A stretch of DNA of 26,952 nt, taken from Fusobacteriota bacterium. Lineage in GTDB: Bacteria > Fusobacteriota > Fusobacteriia > Fusobacteriales > JBNJFI01. Both the position numbers and the translations under genes were made by a program. This document shows, in pieces, positions 9,962 through 18,380 of this stretch (position 1 is the first letter of the stretch; every line of letters begins with the position of its first letter). The notes beneath the pieces were generated by a model that ran no database searches, was not told where the DNA came from, and worked only from the letters and a program-made list of their open reading frames with translations. The stretch spans positions 4,735 to 31,686 of the forward strand of contig JBNJFI010000013.1 of NCBI GenBank assembly GCA_051746725.1, read 5' to 3'.

Positions 9962-10128
9962 AAAATAAATTTCAAAAAAGAGGAGGCAAATACCTTTTTG
10001 TGGTTGGATCAGAATATAAAAAGAAAAACAATGTATGATAGGCCTGATAAAGTTTATAAACAGAAAGGTTAGGGTGTTGGGGGATAGACTTAGTTGGATT
10101 TAAAAATTATAAATTAATAGAAAGACTG

Positions 10129-10270
10129 TTTGTAGGAAAAAAAGTGGAGTAGTGGAGTAATAGTTATGGAAAAAGCAAATTAAATAAAAAATGATATTTA
10201 ACCCTTAGAGTTTGGCTCTAAGGGTTTTTTAATAATTATCTTTAAAATATAGAGAACTAAAAGTTTAACC
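10129..10270 (+). repeat. Degenerate direct-repeat copy of ~6218-6335 (3' end of amylase 1, terminator and downstream DNA)
   Basis: TGGAGTAATAGTTATGGAAAAAGCAAATTAAATAAAAAAT versus TGGAGTAATACTTATAGAAAAAATTAAATAAAAAAT, then a near-identical ACCCTTAGAG...TCTAAGGGT hairpin and similar following sequence. Confidence 0.7.
10200..10230 (+). terminator. Rho-independent terminator (paralogue of the 6274 hairpin)
   Basis: AACCCTTAGAG / CTCTAAGGGTT stem followed by a T run. Confidence 0.8.
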
Positions 10271-10299
10271 TGAAAAGATTAAAAAATAAGCAAAAAAAC

Positions 10300-10328
10300 T
10301 TGGAAAAAACTAAATAATATGATATAAT
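10300..10328 (+). promoter_or_regulatory. Sigma70-type promoter (extended -10) of the cohesin-pullulanase unit
   Basis: TTGGAA (10300-10305), 17 bp ending in TGA, TATAAT (10323-10328). Confidence 0.65.
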
Positions 10329-10408
10329 AACTATAGTGTGTATAAATAAATCATTCAAGTTCATAAAAAAACTATATATATTAAAAACGAACAAATAAGG
10401 AGGGGGAT

Positions 10409-11062
10409 ATGAAGCGTATAATATTAATGATATTGGTAATATCTTTTTTGAGTGTCGGATGTATATTTCAAGAAGATCAAGATATAATTAAAGAAGAAGC
10501 AGTGGAAGACATTAGAGATGAAACAAATTTAGATGATAAACAAGAAGATATAAAGATACCATCTAGAAGTGTTTATTTAAAGGTTAATAAGTTGCAAATT
10601 GAAAATGGGGAGATACTTAATCAGGTTGAAAATGTGTTTGATTCAAAAAAGTTTAATTTTGATGAGGGAGATTATTACGAAGTTATTGTGTATACAAAAG
10701 AAATAAATGAAAAAATAACAGGGTTATCAGTTGCTTTAAATTATGATAAAGAGAAAATAAAAAAAGTAGGGTATGAATTGAATTCTCCTTGGAATAAAGG
10801 TTTAACTATAGAATGGAGCTCTGACGGTATATATCAATTTAATAGTGCGTTACGATCAGAAGAAAGAATATTAGATGGAAAGAATATAATAGGAAGATTT
10901 ATTTTTGAGAATGTTCTGGATAATAACGAGGGAGTAAAAAATATTTATATAAATGAAAGAATGACAAAGATGACTACAATTTCAGGAAAAGATGAAAATG
11001 GAAATAATAACTATAAAACTATATCGGATATAAATTTTGGAGGAACAATAACTATAAAATAA
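10409..11062 (+). CDS. Lipoprotein with a single cohesin-like domain
   Basis: Lipobox SVGC, acidic linker, then EGDYYEVIVY...ITGLSVALNYDKEKIK...GIYQF...G...IGRFIF...FGGTITIK, matching the cohesin beta-strand pattern (G..V.V.V, I.G..L.L.YD, terminal GG.I.I). Confidence 0.7.
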   Translation: MKRIILMILVISFLSVGCIFQEDQDIIKEEAVEDIRDETNLDDKQEDIKIPSRSVYLKVNKLQIENGEILNQVENVFDSKKFNFDEGDYYEVIVYTKEINEKITGLSVALNYDKEKIKKVGYELNSPWNKGLTIEWSSDGIYQFNSALRSEERILDGKNIIGRFIFENVLDNNEGVKNIYINERMTKMTTISGKDENGNNNYKTISDINFGGTITIK

Positions 11063-11094
11063 TATTAATTTATAAAACAGGAGGAGTGAGGGAT

Positions 11095-14000
11095 ATGAAG
11101 AGAGGGTTGCAAAAAAGTTTTGGTTTGATTTTACTGACTTTGATATTTGCGCTAGGAGGATGTTTTTCAGAAAAGGAATCAGATAAAGGAATAGGAGTTG
11201 AACTTATAAGAAATGGTGATAAAGTTTCCGTTATAACTCTTAGAGATTTTGATGGTTTAAAATTAAAAACTAGCAACGGAGAATTTATGTCTAAAGAAGA
11301 TGACATATTACAATTAGATATAAATAACGATGAGTATATATTAGCTGGTAAAAAGACGATTAAGAAAGGTTCGGAAATAGGAACGATAGAACAATCAAAA
11401 AAGGGTTTAGTAGTAGAGATAAAAGAATTTGAAGAGTTAGAGTTTGAGAGCAAAAAAGTTATAAAGAAAGCTTCTGAAAACGATTCAAATATTTTACTAG
11501 GAGACTTTAATGCGGATAAAATTGTTGATTTGAATGATTTGGTTTTATTTGCTGATAAATATTCAAGTGAAATTTCAGATGGAATTTATGAAGAGGTATA
11601 TGATATTTATCCATCTTCAAAAGGGACAGATCAAGATTGGGAAGATATATATAGTTTATCTAATCCAGATGGATCCATAGATTTACTTGATTTTGTTATA
11701 TTAGCAAGAAATTTTAATAAAGAAGAACCTATAAATAATGTAATTGAAAGTATACAAATATCTGGTCCAACAGAAGTTTATGTGGGAGAAACTATAAATT
11801 TAACTGCAAAAGCTATATTTACTGATGGAAGTGAATCTACAGATGGAATTACATGGTCAAGTAATGATGAAAGCATTGGAACTGTAAATAACGGAACTGT
11901 AAGTGCTATATCTTCTGGAAGTATAATAGTTGAAGCTTTTAGAGATGGAATAATACAAACGCATAGTGTACAAATATTAGAACAACAAAATGGGATTGCA
12001 ATTCATGTTCAGAAACCTTCTGACTGGGGAGCAATTTGGATATGGTATAATTCAGATTTGACCACCCCTGATGTTTGGGATACTGCTGACTTAGCTGCAC
12101 CTCCAGGAGATCTCGAAAATTATAGAGACGGATGGTATAAAAAAACAGTTGATAGTACAGAAGTTGAGTTTTTATTTAATAATGGCATCGAGGATGAAAA
12201 TGGTAATTGGGATAAAAAATTTGATAAAACTGGTGTAACAACAGCAATAGAAACTACTAATTTTGTGGTAACCAATGACATCTGGATAACAAGTGATGGA
12301 ACGGCATATGATGCTGATCCAGTAGGTCCTAGTGCACCTTCGATTTCTATAACACCTAAAGGTGGAGATATAAAAGGTTCAGAAAGTATAATTGTAGATA
12401 TAACTGGTGAAAATATTTCTTCGAAGGAGATATTATTTGCTGGACAACCAATTACTATAAGTTCGGATAGAACTTCAATATTAGTTTCAGAATATTTAAC
12501 AGAAGGACAAGAAGGAATATTAGAAGCGACAGCTACTAATACTGAAGGAACAACAACAAAAACGGAAACCTTTATTAGAAATGATGAAGCGGTAACTGAT
12601 ACAACAATACACTTTAGAAAACCAACTGATTGGGCATGTGCTTATATTCATTATTGGAATACAGTGGCTAATCCTCCAACTGAATGGACAGCAAGTGTAT
12701 TGATGAATTCCACTGGTGAAGGTTGGTATTCAGTAACTTTAGAAGGGGATAGTTCAGCAAGTTTTTTATTTAAAGATGCTCAGGGAAGCCCAACTAATAC
12801 AATGGGAGATTTTTCAGCAAGTGGAGAAGTATGGGTTGAAAATGGAACATCTTATGATAGAAATCCAGATTGGGCTCAGCCAGCGGTGCTTTCAACAGAT
12901 CCAGCAGGTGGATATTTTGAAACAACTCAAACAATAACATTAAATATAGATTTAGATTATAGAACTACACTATTAGATAGTAGATATACTATTGATGGAT
13001 CAGATCCTAAATTAAATGGGGTGACTTTTAATAACGGTGATCAAATAACTATTGGATCTAATATGGTAGAAGATGAATTAAAAACTATAAAAGTTTGGTC
13101 ACAAGTCGAAGTTGATGCAGATGGAGAAGTTTTAGAAACCTATGAAAATATATCATTTGTTAAAGGTTCGATTAAACAACCTACAAAACTTGGAGTAGAT
13201 TATGGACCAGCAGCTTCCTCTTTTTCAATATGGTCTCCAGATACTTCAGATGTGAAAGTTAAGGTAAATGGTGTGGAATATCCAACAGAAAAAATAAGTA
13301 ATTTCGATGGATATAGCGATGTCTACAGTACAACAGTTCAAGGAGATTTACATTTAGCTGAATATGAGTTTTATATAAATGGTAAATCTGTAAGAGATCC
13401 TTATGGAATAATGGTCAAACCAAATACAAATACAAATATAGTAATAGATTTAAATAAAACAGGTCCAGAAGGAGGATGGGTAGATATTCCAGTATTAGAA
13501 AATAGAGAAGATGCAATGTTATATGAAGTTCATATACGAGATTTAACTATAGATGATTCATCTGGTGTATCTATTGAAAATAAAGGTAAGTATCTAGGGA
13601 TGGTTGAAACAGGAACTGATTATCAGGGAGTTTCAACAGGAATAGATCATCTGAAGGAATTAGGAGTAACGCATGTACAAATATTACCTTTTTATGATTT
13701 TGCAACTGAGATGTATAATTGGGGATATGATCCTGTGAACTATAACATACCAGAAGAGCAATATTCAGTAGATCCATATGATTATGTCGGAAGAATAAAT
13801 GAAGTTAAGACGATGATTAACGAATTTCATAAAAATGGGATTAGAGTTGTAATGGATGTTGTATATAATCATACATATGGAGATGAAATGTTCCAAGATA
13901 TAACATCTAGATATTATACAGGAAATGATGACTCTGGAACAGGAAATGGGATTGATACAGGAGAACCTATGGTAAGTAGAATGATACAAGATTCATTGGA

Positions 14001-15042
14001 ATATTGGGTAGATGAATATATGGTTGATGGATTTAGATTTGACTTAGCTGGAGTATTTTATTATGATGAATTTAGAAAATGGGGGGAACACCTAAATGTA
14101 AATATGTTCCCGGATAGAAATTTAATTATGCATGGTGAGCCTTGGAATGGACACTTTTTATCTGATACTGAAATGGATCAAAAAGTTTATATTGGAAATG
14201 CTCCTGCTTTTGCAAGTGGAAGATTAGGAGTGTTCAATGCGAAATATAGAGAGGCAATCAAAGGAAATAGTGATGGAAAAATTGGAGGGTATATGTTTAA
14301 TAACGTTCCTTCATGGGATGGTGCCATTGGATCTGGAATGAAAGGATCAATAATGGCAAATAAGAGTACAAATCCTTTACCTGATCTTTGGGATCCAATG
14401 TTTGCATATGATCCTGAACAATCAATAAACTATTTAACTGCTCATGATAATTATGGTTTATGGGATAAAATAATATATACATTAAGTGATGGATCTCCTA
14501 ATGCTGGAGTGGATACTGCTTATGCAGAAAGAATAGGTAGATTTGGAATGGGAATGATATTCACTTCTCAAGGTATACCATTTTTACATGGTGGAGAAGA
14601 GATATTGAGATCTAAAACACATAATGGTGATTGGACAGATCCTGCAAACTGGGTATATGGAGATTATGGAACTCATAATACTTATAACTCTCCAGATTCA
14701 TTTAATAGTTATAAATGGGAATGGAAAGTAGATAATCTAGATACCTTTAATTATTATAAGGATTTGGTTCAACTAAGAAAAGAAAATAAAGCTCTTAGAC
14801 TTACAACATGGGAAGAAATAAATAATCATATGACAACTTGGACTGATCGAAGTGGTCAAGTAGTAATAGGTCAAATCACCGGAGTTACTGGTGCAAATGA
14901 TATAATGGTTGTATATAATTCAGGGACTAATTATACTATCGATAATACTGGATGGACTAAGATATTTGATGCATATGGATTAAATCCAACGGATCAATCT
15001 GGTGTATGTGAAGGAACAGGTATAACGGTATTTAGAAGATAA
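11095..15042 (+). CDS. pulA: Lipoprotein type I pullulanase (GH13_14-like) with dockerin-like, Big_2, two CBM26-like, CHB_HEX_C-like and CBM48 modules
   Basis: ATG 11095 preferred over GTG 11086 on RBS spacing; lipobox LGGC; dockerin-like 11494-11721; FSIWSP...DPY (CBM48), YEVHIRD, signature YNWGYDP, DVVYNH, GFRFDL, HGEPW, AHDN. Confidence 0.92.
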   Translation: MKRGLQKSFGLILLTLIFALGGCFSEKESDKGIGVELIRNGDKVSVITLRDFDGLKLKTSNGEFMSKEDDILQLDINNDEYILAGKKTIKKGSEIGTIEQSKKGLVVEIKEFEELEFESKKVIKKASENDSNILLGDFNADKIVDLNDLVLFADKYSSEISDGIYEEVYDIYPSSKGTDQDWEDIYSLSNPDGSIDLLDFVILARNFNKEEPINNVIESIQISGPTEVYVGETINLTAKAIFTDGSESTDGITWSSNDESIGTVNNGTVSAISSGSIIVEAFRDGIIQTHSVQILEQQNGIAIHVQKPSDWGAIWIWYNSDLTTPDVWDTADLAAPPGDLENYRDGWYKKTVDSTEVEFLFNNGIEDENGNWDKKFDKTGVTTAIETTNFVVTNDIWITSDGTAYDADPVGPSAPSISITPKGGDIKGSESIIVDITGENISSKEILFAGQPITISSDRTSILVSEYLTEGQEGILEATATNTEGTTTKTETFIRNDEAVTDTTIHFRKPTDWACAYIHYWNTVANPPTEWTASVLMNSTGEGWYSVTLEGDSSASFLFKDAQGSPTNTMGDFSASGEVWVENGTSYDRNPDWAQPAVLSTDPAGGYFETTQTITLNIDLDYRTTLLDSRYTIDGSDPKLNGVTFNNGDQITIGSNMVEDELKTIKVWSQVEVDADGEVLETYENISFVKGSIKQPTKLGVDYGPAASSFSIWSPDTSDVKVKVNGVEYPTEKISNFDGYSDVYSTTVQGDLHLAEYEFYINGKSVRDPYGIMVKPNTNTNIVIDLNKTGPEGGWVDIPVLENREDAMLYEVHIRDLTIDDSSGVSIENKGKYLGMVETGTDYQGVSTGIDHLKELGVTHVQILPFYDFATEMYNWGYDPVNYNIPEEQYSVDPYDYVGRINEVKTMINEFHKNGIRVVMDVVYNHTYGDEMFQDITSRYYTGNDDSGTGNGIDTGEPMVSRMIQDSLEYWVDEYMVDGFRFDLAGVFYYDEFRKWGEHLNVNMFPDRNLIMHGEPWNGHFLSDTEMDQKVYIGNAPAFASGRLGVFNAKYREAIKGNSDGKIGGYMFNNVPSWDGAIGSGMKGSIMANKSTNPLPDLWDPMFAYDPEQSINYLTAHDNYGLWDKIIYTLSDGSPNAGVDTAYAERIGRFGMGMIFTSQGIPFLHGGEEILRSKTHNGDWTDPANWVYGDYGTHNTYNSPDSFNSYKWEWKVDNLDTFNYYKDLVQLRKENKALRLTTWEEINNHMTTWTDRSGQVVIGQITGVTGANDIMVVYNSGTNYTIDNTGWTKIFDAYGLNPTDQSGVCEGTGITVFRR

Positions 15043-15045
15043 AGA

Positions 15046-15083
15046 AAAATATCCTCCTGAATAAAAAATAAGGAGGATATTTT
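15046..15083 (+). terminator. Intergenic stem-loop (terminator or mRNA-stabilising hairpin)
   Basis: AAAATATCCTCCT / AGGAGGATATTTT 13-bp stem with 12-nt loop; short interrupted T tail. Confidence 0.6.
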
Positions 15084-15123
15084 CTTAAAATTTAATTTAA
15101 AAATATAAAAAAAGGGGGATATT

Positions 15124-18021
15124 GTGCAAAGAAAAAAAAGAGTTTTTTTTAAAGTAATAATTATGATGATTTCTATTTTAATGTTTGGGTGTTTTTCTTC
15201 TAATGAACAAGATAAAGGGGTAGGTGTAAGTTTAGAAAGAAGTGGGGATCAAATCAAAATTATTGCTGCTAATGATTTTGATGGAATTGATTTAAAAGTT
15301 GAAGGAACGGATAACAATTTAAAAGAGGAAAATAATTTTACAAAGATTAAAATTGACGAAGGAAGATATATCTTAGCTGGGTCTCAAAAAATATCAGCTG
15401 GGCAAACCATAGGGACTTTAGATAATATTTCAGGAATTATAGAAGTTGAAGCTATTAGATCAGATTTAATAGAACAAGATGGTGTTGTTCAAAAAAGGGT
15501 TGATTCATCTACTACCAATAAATTATTAGGAGATTTTAATAGTGATGAAATAGTAGAAACCTTAGATTTGCAAATGTTTTCTGATGTTTACGGAATTGAT
15601 TCAACAAATGTAAATTATGATGAAATTTATGATATATATCCAGCGAACTTAGGAACCGGAATTTGGGCAGATATTTATAGTATCTCGTCTCCGGATAATG
15701 AAATTGGGTTATTGGATTTTATAATATTAGCAAGAAATTTTAATAAAGTAAAACCTAAAGAAATACAAGAAATCGTAATAGAAGGGCCGACGCAGGTATA
15801 TGAAAATGAAAGTATAAATCTGAGTGCTACTGCCATATTTACAGATAACAGTCAATCTACAGATGGAATTCAGTGGTCAAGTAGTGACGAAACCATTGCT
15901 ACCGTTACTGGAGGTAAAGTAGATGGATTGTCAGTTGGTAATTCTGATATAACTGCAAGTAGAGATGGGATAAATTCAATTTATTCAATAGAAGTTTTAG
16001 AACAACAATCTCAGGGAATAACTATATATCTTGAATCAGAAACAGCTCCAGATTTATACGCTTGGTCTACGACAGAACCTAAAGTCGAATATTTAGGGGG
16101 ATGGGACTCACCACAAAATACTTTAGTAAATAAAGATGGTTTGTTCTATTATCATACTTTTCCAGAAGAAGCTACGGAAGTAAATTATATTCCTTTTTTA
16201 GATGACCAGTCAGATGATTTATTAGCTACTCAAGACACATGGGTAACAGCAGATGGAGAGATATATAATAGTTATCCATACGGTCCTACTCCACCTAGTG
16301 TTTCAGCAAATCCTGGAACTACAAGTTTTTCTGACGATTCTATATCAGTTACTTTAAATTATAGTGGAGATGAGATATTAGAGGCTAGATATACAGTAGA
16401 TGGATCGGATCCTGCTACAGGAATATTATATCAAGATGGAGAAACAATTACTTTTGGTGAAACTTTATCTTATGAACAAAGCATGACTTTAAAATTATAT
16501 TCAACAAATGGTACTGAAATAGCTACTGATGAATTTGTATACACCAAAAAAGAAAAAGTAGCTCCAAATAATAATTTTAATAATTTAAGAATTTATCAAG
16601 TTATGGTATCTACTTTTCAAAATGGAGATAATAATATAGGGTATGGAACAGGTTATGGAGAAAGTCATCATATGGGGGATCTTGTTGGAATAAAGGAAGC
16701 AATTCCTTATATGTCTAACTTAGGAGCAAATGCAATATGGATGACTCCAATTTTCCATACTTATGGAGATGGAGCTCTTGATTCAACGGGTTACTTCACA
16801 AATGATTATTTTTCAGTGGATCCAAACTTTGGAACAGAACAGGATTTAAGAGATTTAATTGCAGAAGCAAGAAAATATAATATGTATGTTATTTTAGATG
16901 GGGTATTTGGACATCACAATGGTTCTGGAGAAATTCCCGCTTCACCAAGTGGATATACAGTTTATGGTTCAAATGACCCAGTTTCATATCCAGATAGTTT
17001 AGATTTTTATAAAGAGGTATCAACTTACTGGATAGAAGAATATGGAATAGATGGGTGGAGATTGGATCAAGCATATCAAGTGACTTCATATCAAGGAATG
17101 CAAGATAGAAGCTACTGGCCTGAAATTCGAGAAGCTGTAGAACAAGTATCTCAAGAAAGAGAGAATCAAGGAGAAACTTGGGGAACTTTAGGATATATGG
17201 TTGGAGAAATATGGAAAGGTGAACAGGAAATTAATGATTATGGTTATGAAGGGTATAATGGAGAGATAGGTTTGAGATCTAACTTTGATTTTCCTGTAAG
17301 ATATTCTTTGGTTCAAACTTTAGCGCAAGAAGAATGGGGAACAAATAATGGGAAAAGAGGATTACCAGCCTCTAACTTAGATGCTGGAATGGATAAAAGA
17401 GATATCTATCCAGATTTTGCGATACCAAATACTTTTTTGACAAATCATGATCTAATAAGATTTGGGAATTTAGTAAAAGAAGCCCATGGATATGGACAAG
17501 AAAATCCTGATTATTGGAAACGACATAAAGCGGCATTGAGTTTTTTAACTATGCAAACAGGTCCTATAACATTATACTATGGAGATGAAATTGGTCAAAT
17601 GTCTCCAGGTAGTTATGCTCCAGATGATGGTACTCCAAACGATAGAGGTTTATATTGGGATCATTGGGCTAGAGATAATGGAAAAATATCAAACTTTACT
17701 AGCCAAGAACAAGATTTACATGATTATACAAAGTCATTAATGAATTTGCGAGATACTTATTCAGCGCTATGGAATGGAGATAGAGTAAATTTAATTGGAA
17801 ATGATGAATATGTATATTCTGATTTAAAAGTTGATGGAGATCAACGGATAGTATATTTGGTAAATGTATCAACTGAAACTCGTACAGTTAGCCTTCCAGC
17901 GAGTACTGTTGGAGGAACAACTTTAAGAAATCTAATGGGAGAAAATACAATATCAGAATCTAGCGGAAACTATTCTATAAATGTACCAAGTTTATCTGGA
18001 GTATTCTATATTGTTGAATAA
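15124..18021 (+). CDS. Lipoprotein GH13 alpha-amylase (marine/Vibrio-type, possibly GH13_37) with dockerin-like, Big_2, CBM26-like and CHB_HEX_C-like modules
   Basis: GTG start with GGGGG RBS; lipobox MFGC; dockerin-like 15523-15747; LRIYQVMV...GYGTGYG.SHH.GDL, variant region I DGVFGH, GWRLDQAYQV, MVGEIW, FLTNHD. Confidence 0.88.
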   Translation: MQRKKRVFFKVIIMMISILMFGCFSSNEQDKGVGVSLERSGDQIKIIAANDFDGIDLKVEGTDNNLKEENNFTKIKIDEGRYILAGSQKISAGQTIGTLDNISGIIEVEAIRSDLIEQDGVVQKRVDSSTTNKLLGDFNSDEIVETLDLQMFSDVYGIDSTNVNYDEIYDIYPANLGTGIWADIYSISSPDNEIGLLDFIILARNFNKVKPKEIQEIVIEGPTQVYENESINLSATAIFTDNSQSTDGIQWSSSDETIATVTGGKVDGLSVGNSDITASRDGINSIYSIEVLEQQSQGITIYLESETAPDLYAWSTTEPKVEYLGGWDSPQNTLVNKDGLFYYHTFPEEATEVNYIPFLDDQSDDLLATQDTWVTADGEIYNSYPYGPTPPSVSANPGTTSFSDDSISVTLNYSGDEILEARYTVDGSDPATGILYQDGETITFGETLSYEQSMTLKLYSTNGTEIATDEFVYTKKEKVAPNNNFNNLRIYQVMVSTFQNGDNNIGYGTGYGESHHMGDLVGIKEAIPYMSNLGANAIWMTPIFHTYGDGALDSTGYFTNDYFSVDPNFGTEQDLRDLIAEARKYNMYVILDGVFGHHNGSGEIPASPSGYTVYGSNDPVSYPDSLDFYKEVSTYWIEEYGIDGWRLDQAYQVTSYQGMQDRSYWPEIREAVEQVSQERENQGETWGTLGYMVGEIWKGEQEINDYGYEGYNGEIGLRSNFDFPVRYSLVQTLAQEEWGTNNGKRGLPASNLDAGMDKRDIYPDFAIPNTFLTNHDLIRFGNLVKEAHGYGQENPDYWKRHKAALSFLTMQTGPITLYYGDEIGQMSPGSYAPDDGTPNDRGLYWDHWARDNGKISNFTSQEQDLHDYTKSLMNLRDTYSALWNGDRVNLIGNDEYVYSDLKVDGDQRIVYLVNVSTETRTVSLPASTVGGTTLRNLMGENTISESSGNYSINVPSLSGVFYIVE

Positions 18022-18038
18022 AAAATAAATAATAAAAT

Positions 18039-18088
18039 TTTAGCTCTCATTATAGAAAGGTTATTTCTAAATGAGAGCTAAATATTTT
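18039..18088 (+). terminator. Long stem-loop after amylase 4, probable terminator
   Basis: TTTAGCTCTCATT-A-TAGAAA / TTTCTA-AATGAGAGCTAAA, followed by TATTTT. Confidence 0.65.
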
Positions 18089-18090
18089 AA

Positions 18091-18354
18091 TAGGTAGTTG
18101 CAAAACTACAGAAAGAAACTATGAGTTTATCCACAAAGTTATTAATAGTTTTAATCTAATTTGATTTTGTATTACCCGGGCGAAGGCCCTTCGCCCTTAC
18201 GTTCAGATTACATAGGGATAAGGATATAAGTTTTTCTGTAAGGGCAAACGGCGTTTGCCCGGGTGCAACCAGTATCTAAAATTGGAGGGATACTCTAATT
18301 TATAGAACTAATAAAGCAAATGAAATTAGGATATAAGAATTTTGCAATTAGCTA
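18091..18354. mobile_element. Putative non-autonomous MITE-like element (264 bp)
   Basis: Ends TAGGTAGTTGCAAAA and TTTTGCAATTAGCTA are inverted repeats (13/15 match); flanked by identical AAATATTTTAA at 18080-18090 and 18355-18365; no ORF inside. Confidence 0.65.
18174..18264. repeat. Inverted pair of REP-like palindromes (REPIN-like)
   Basis: 18174-18200 (minus strand GTAA-GGGCGAAG-GGC-CTTCGCCC-GGGT) and 18238-18264 (plus strand GTAA-GGGCAAAC-GGC-GTTTGCCC-GGGT); 37-bp spacer; GC-rich within AT-rich DNA. Confidence 0.8.
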
Positions 18355-18380
18355 AAATATTTTAAAACAAGGGGGAAAAA

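Noticed and set aside
9973..10000. Weak hairpin directly after amylase 2
   Set aside because: The stem is mostly A/T with a bulge; too weak to call a terminator.
18091..18354. CRISPR array or riboswitch interpretation of the GC-rich palindromes
   Set aside because: Only two units, in inverted rather than direct orientation; no cas genes; no riboswitch consensus recognised.
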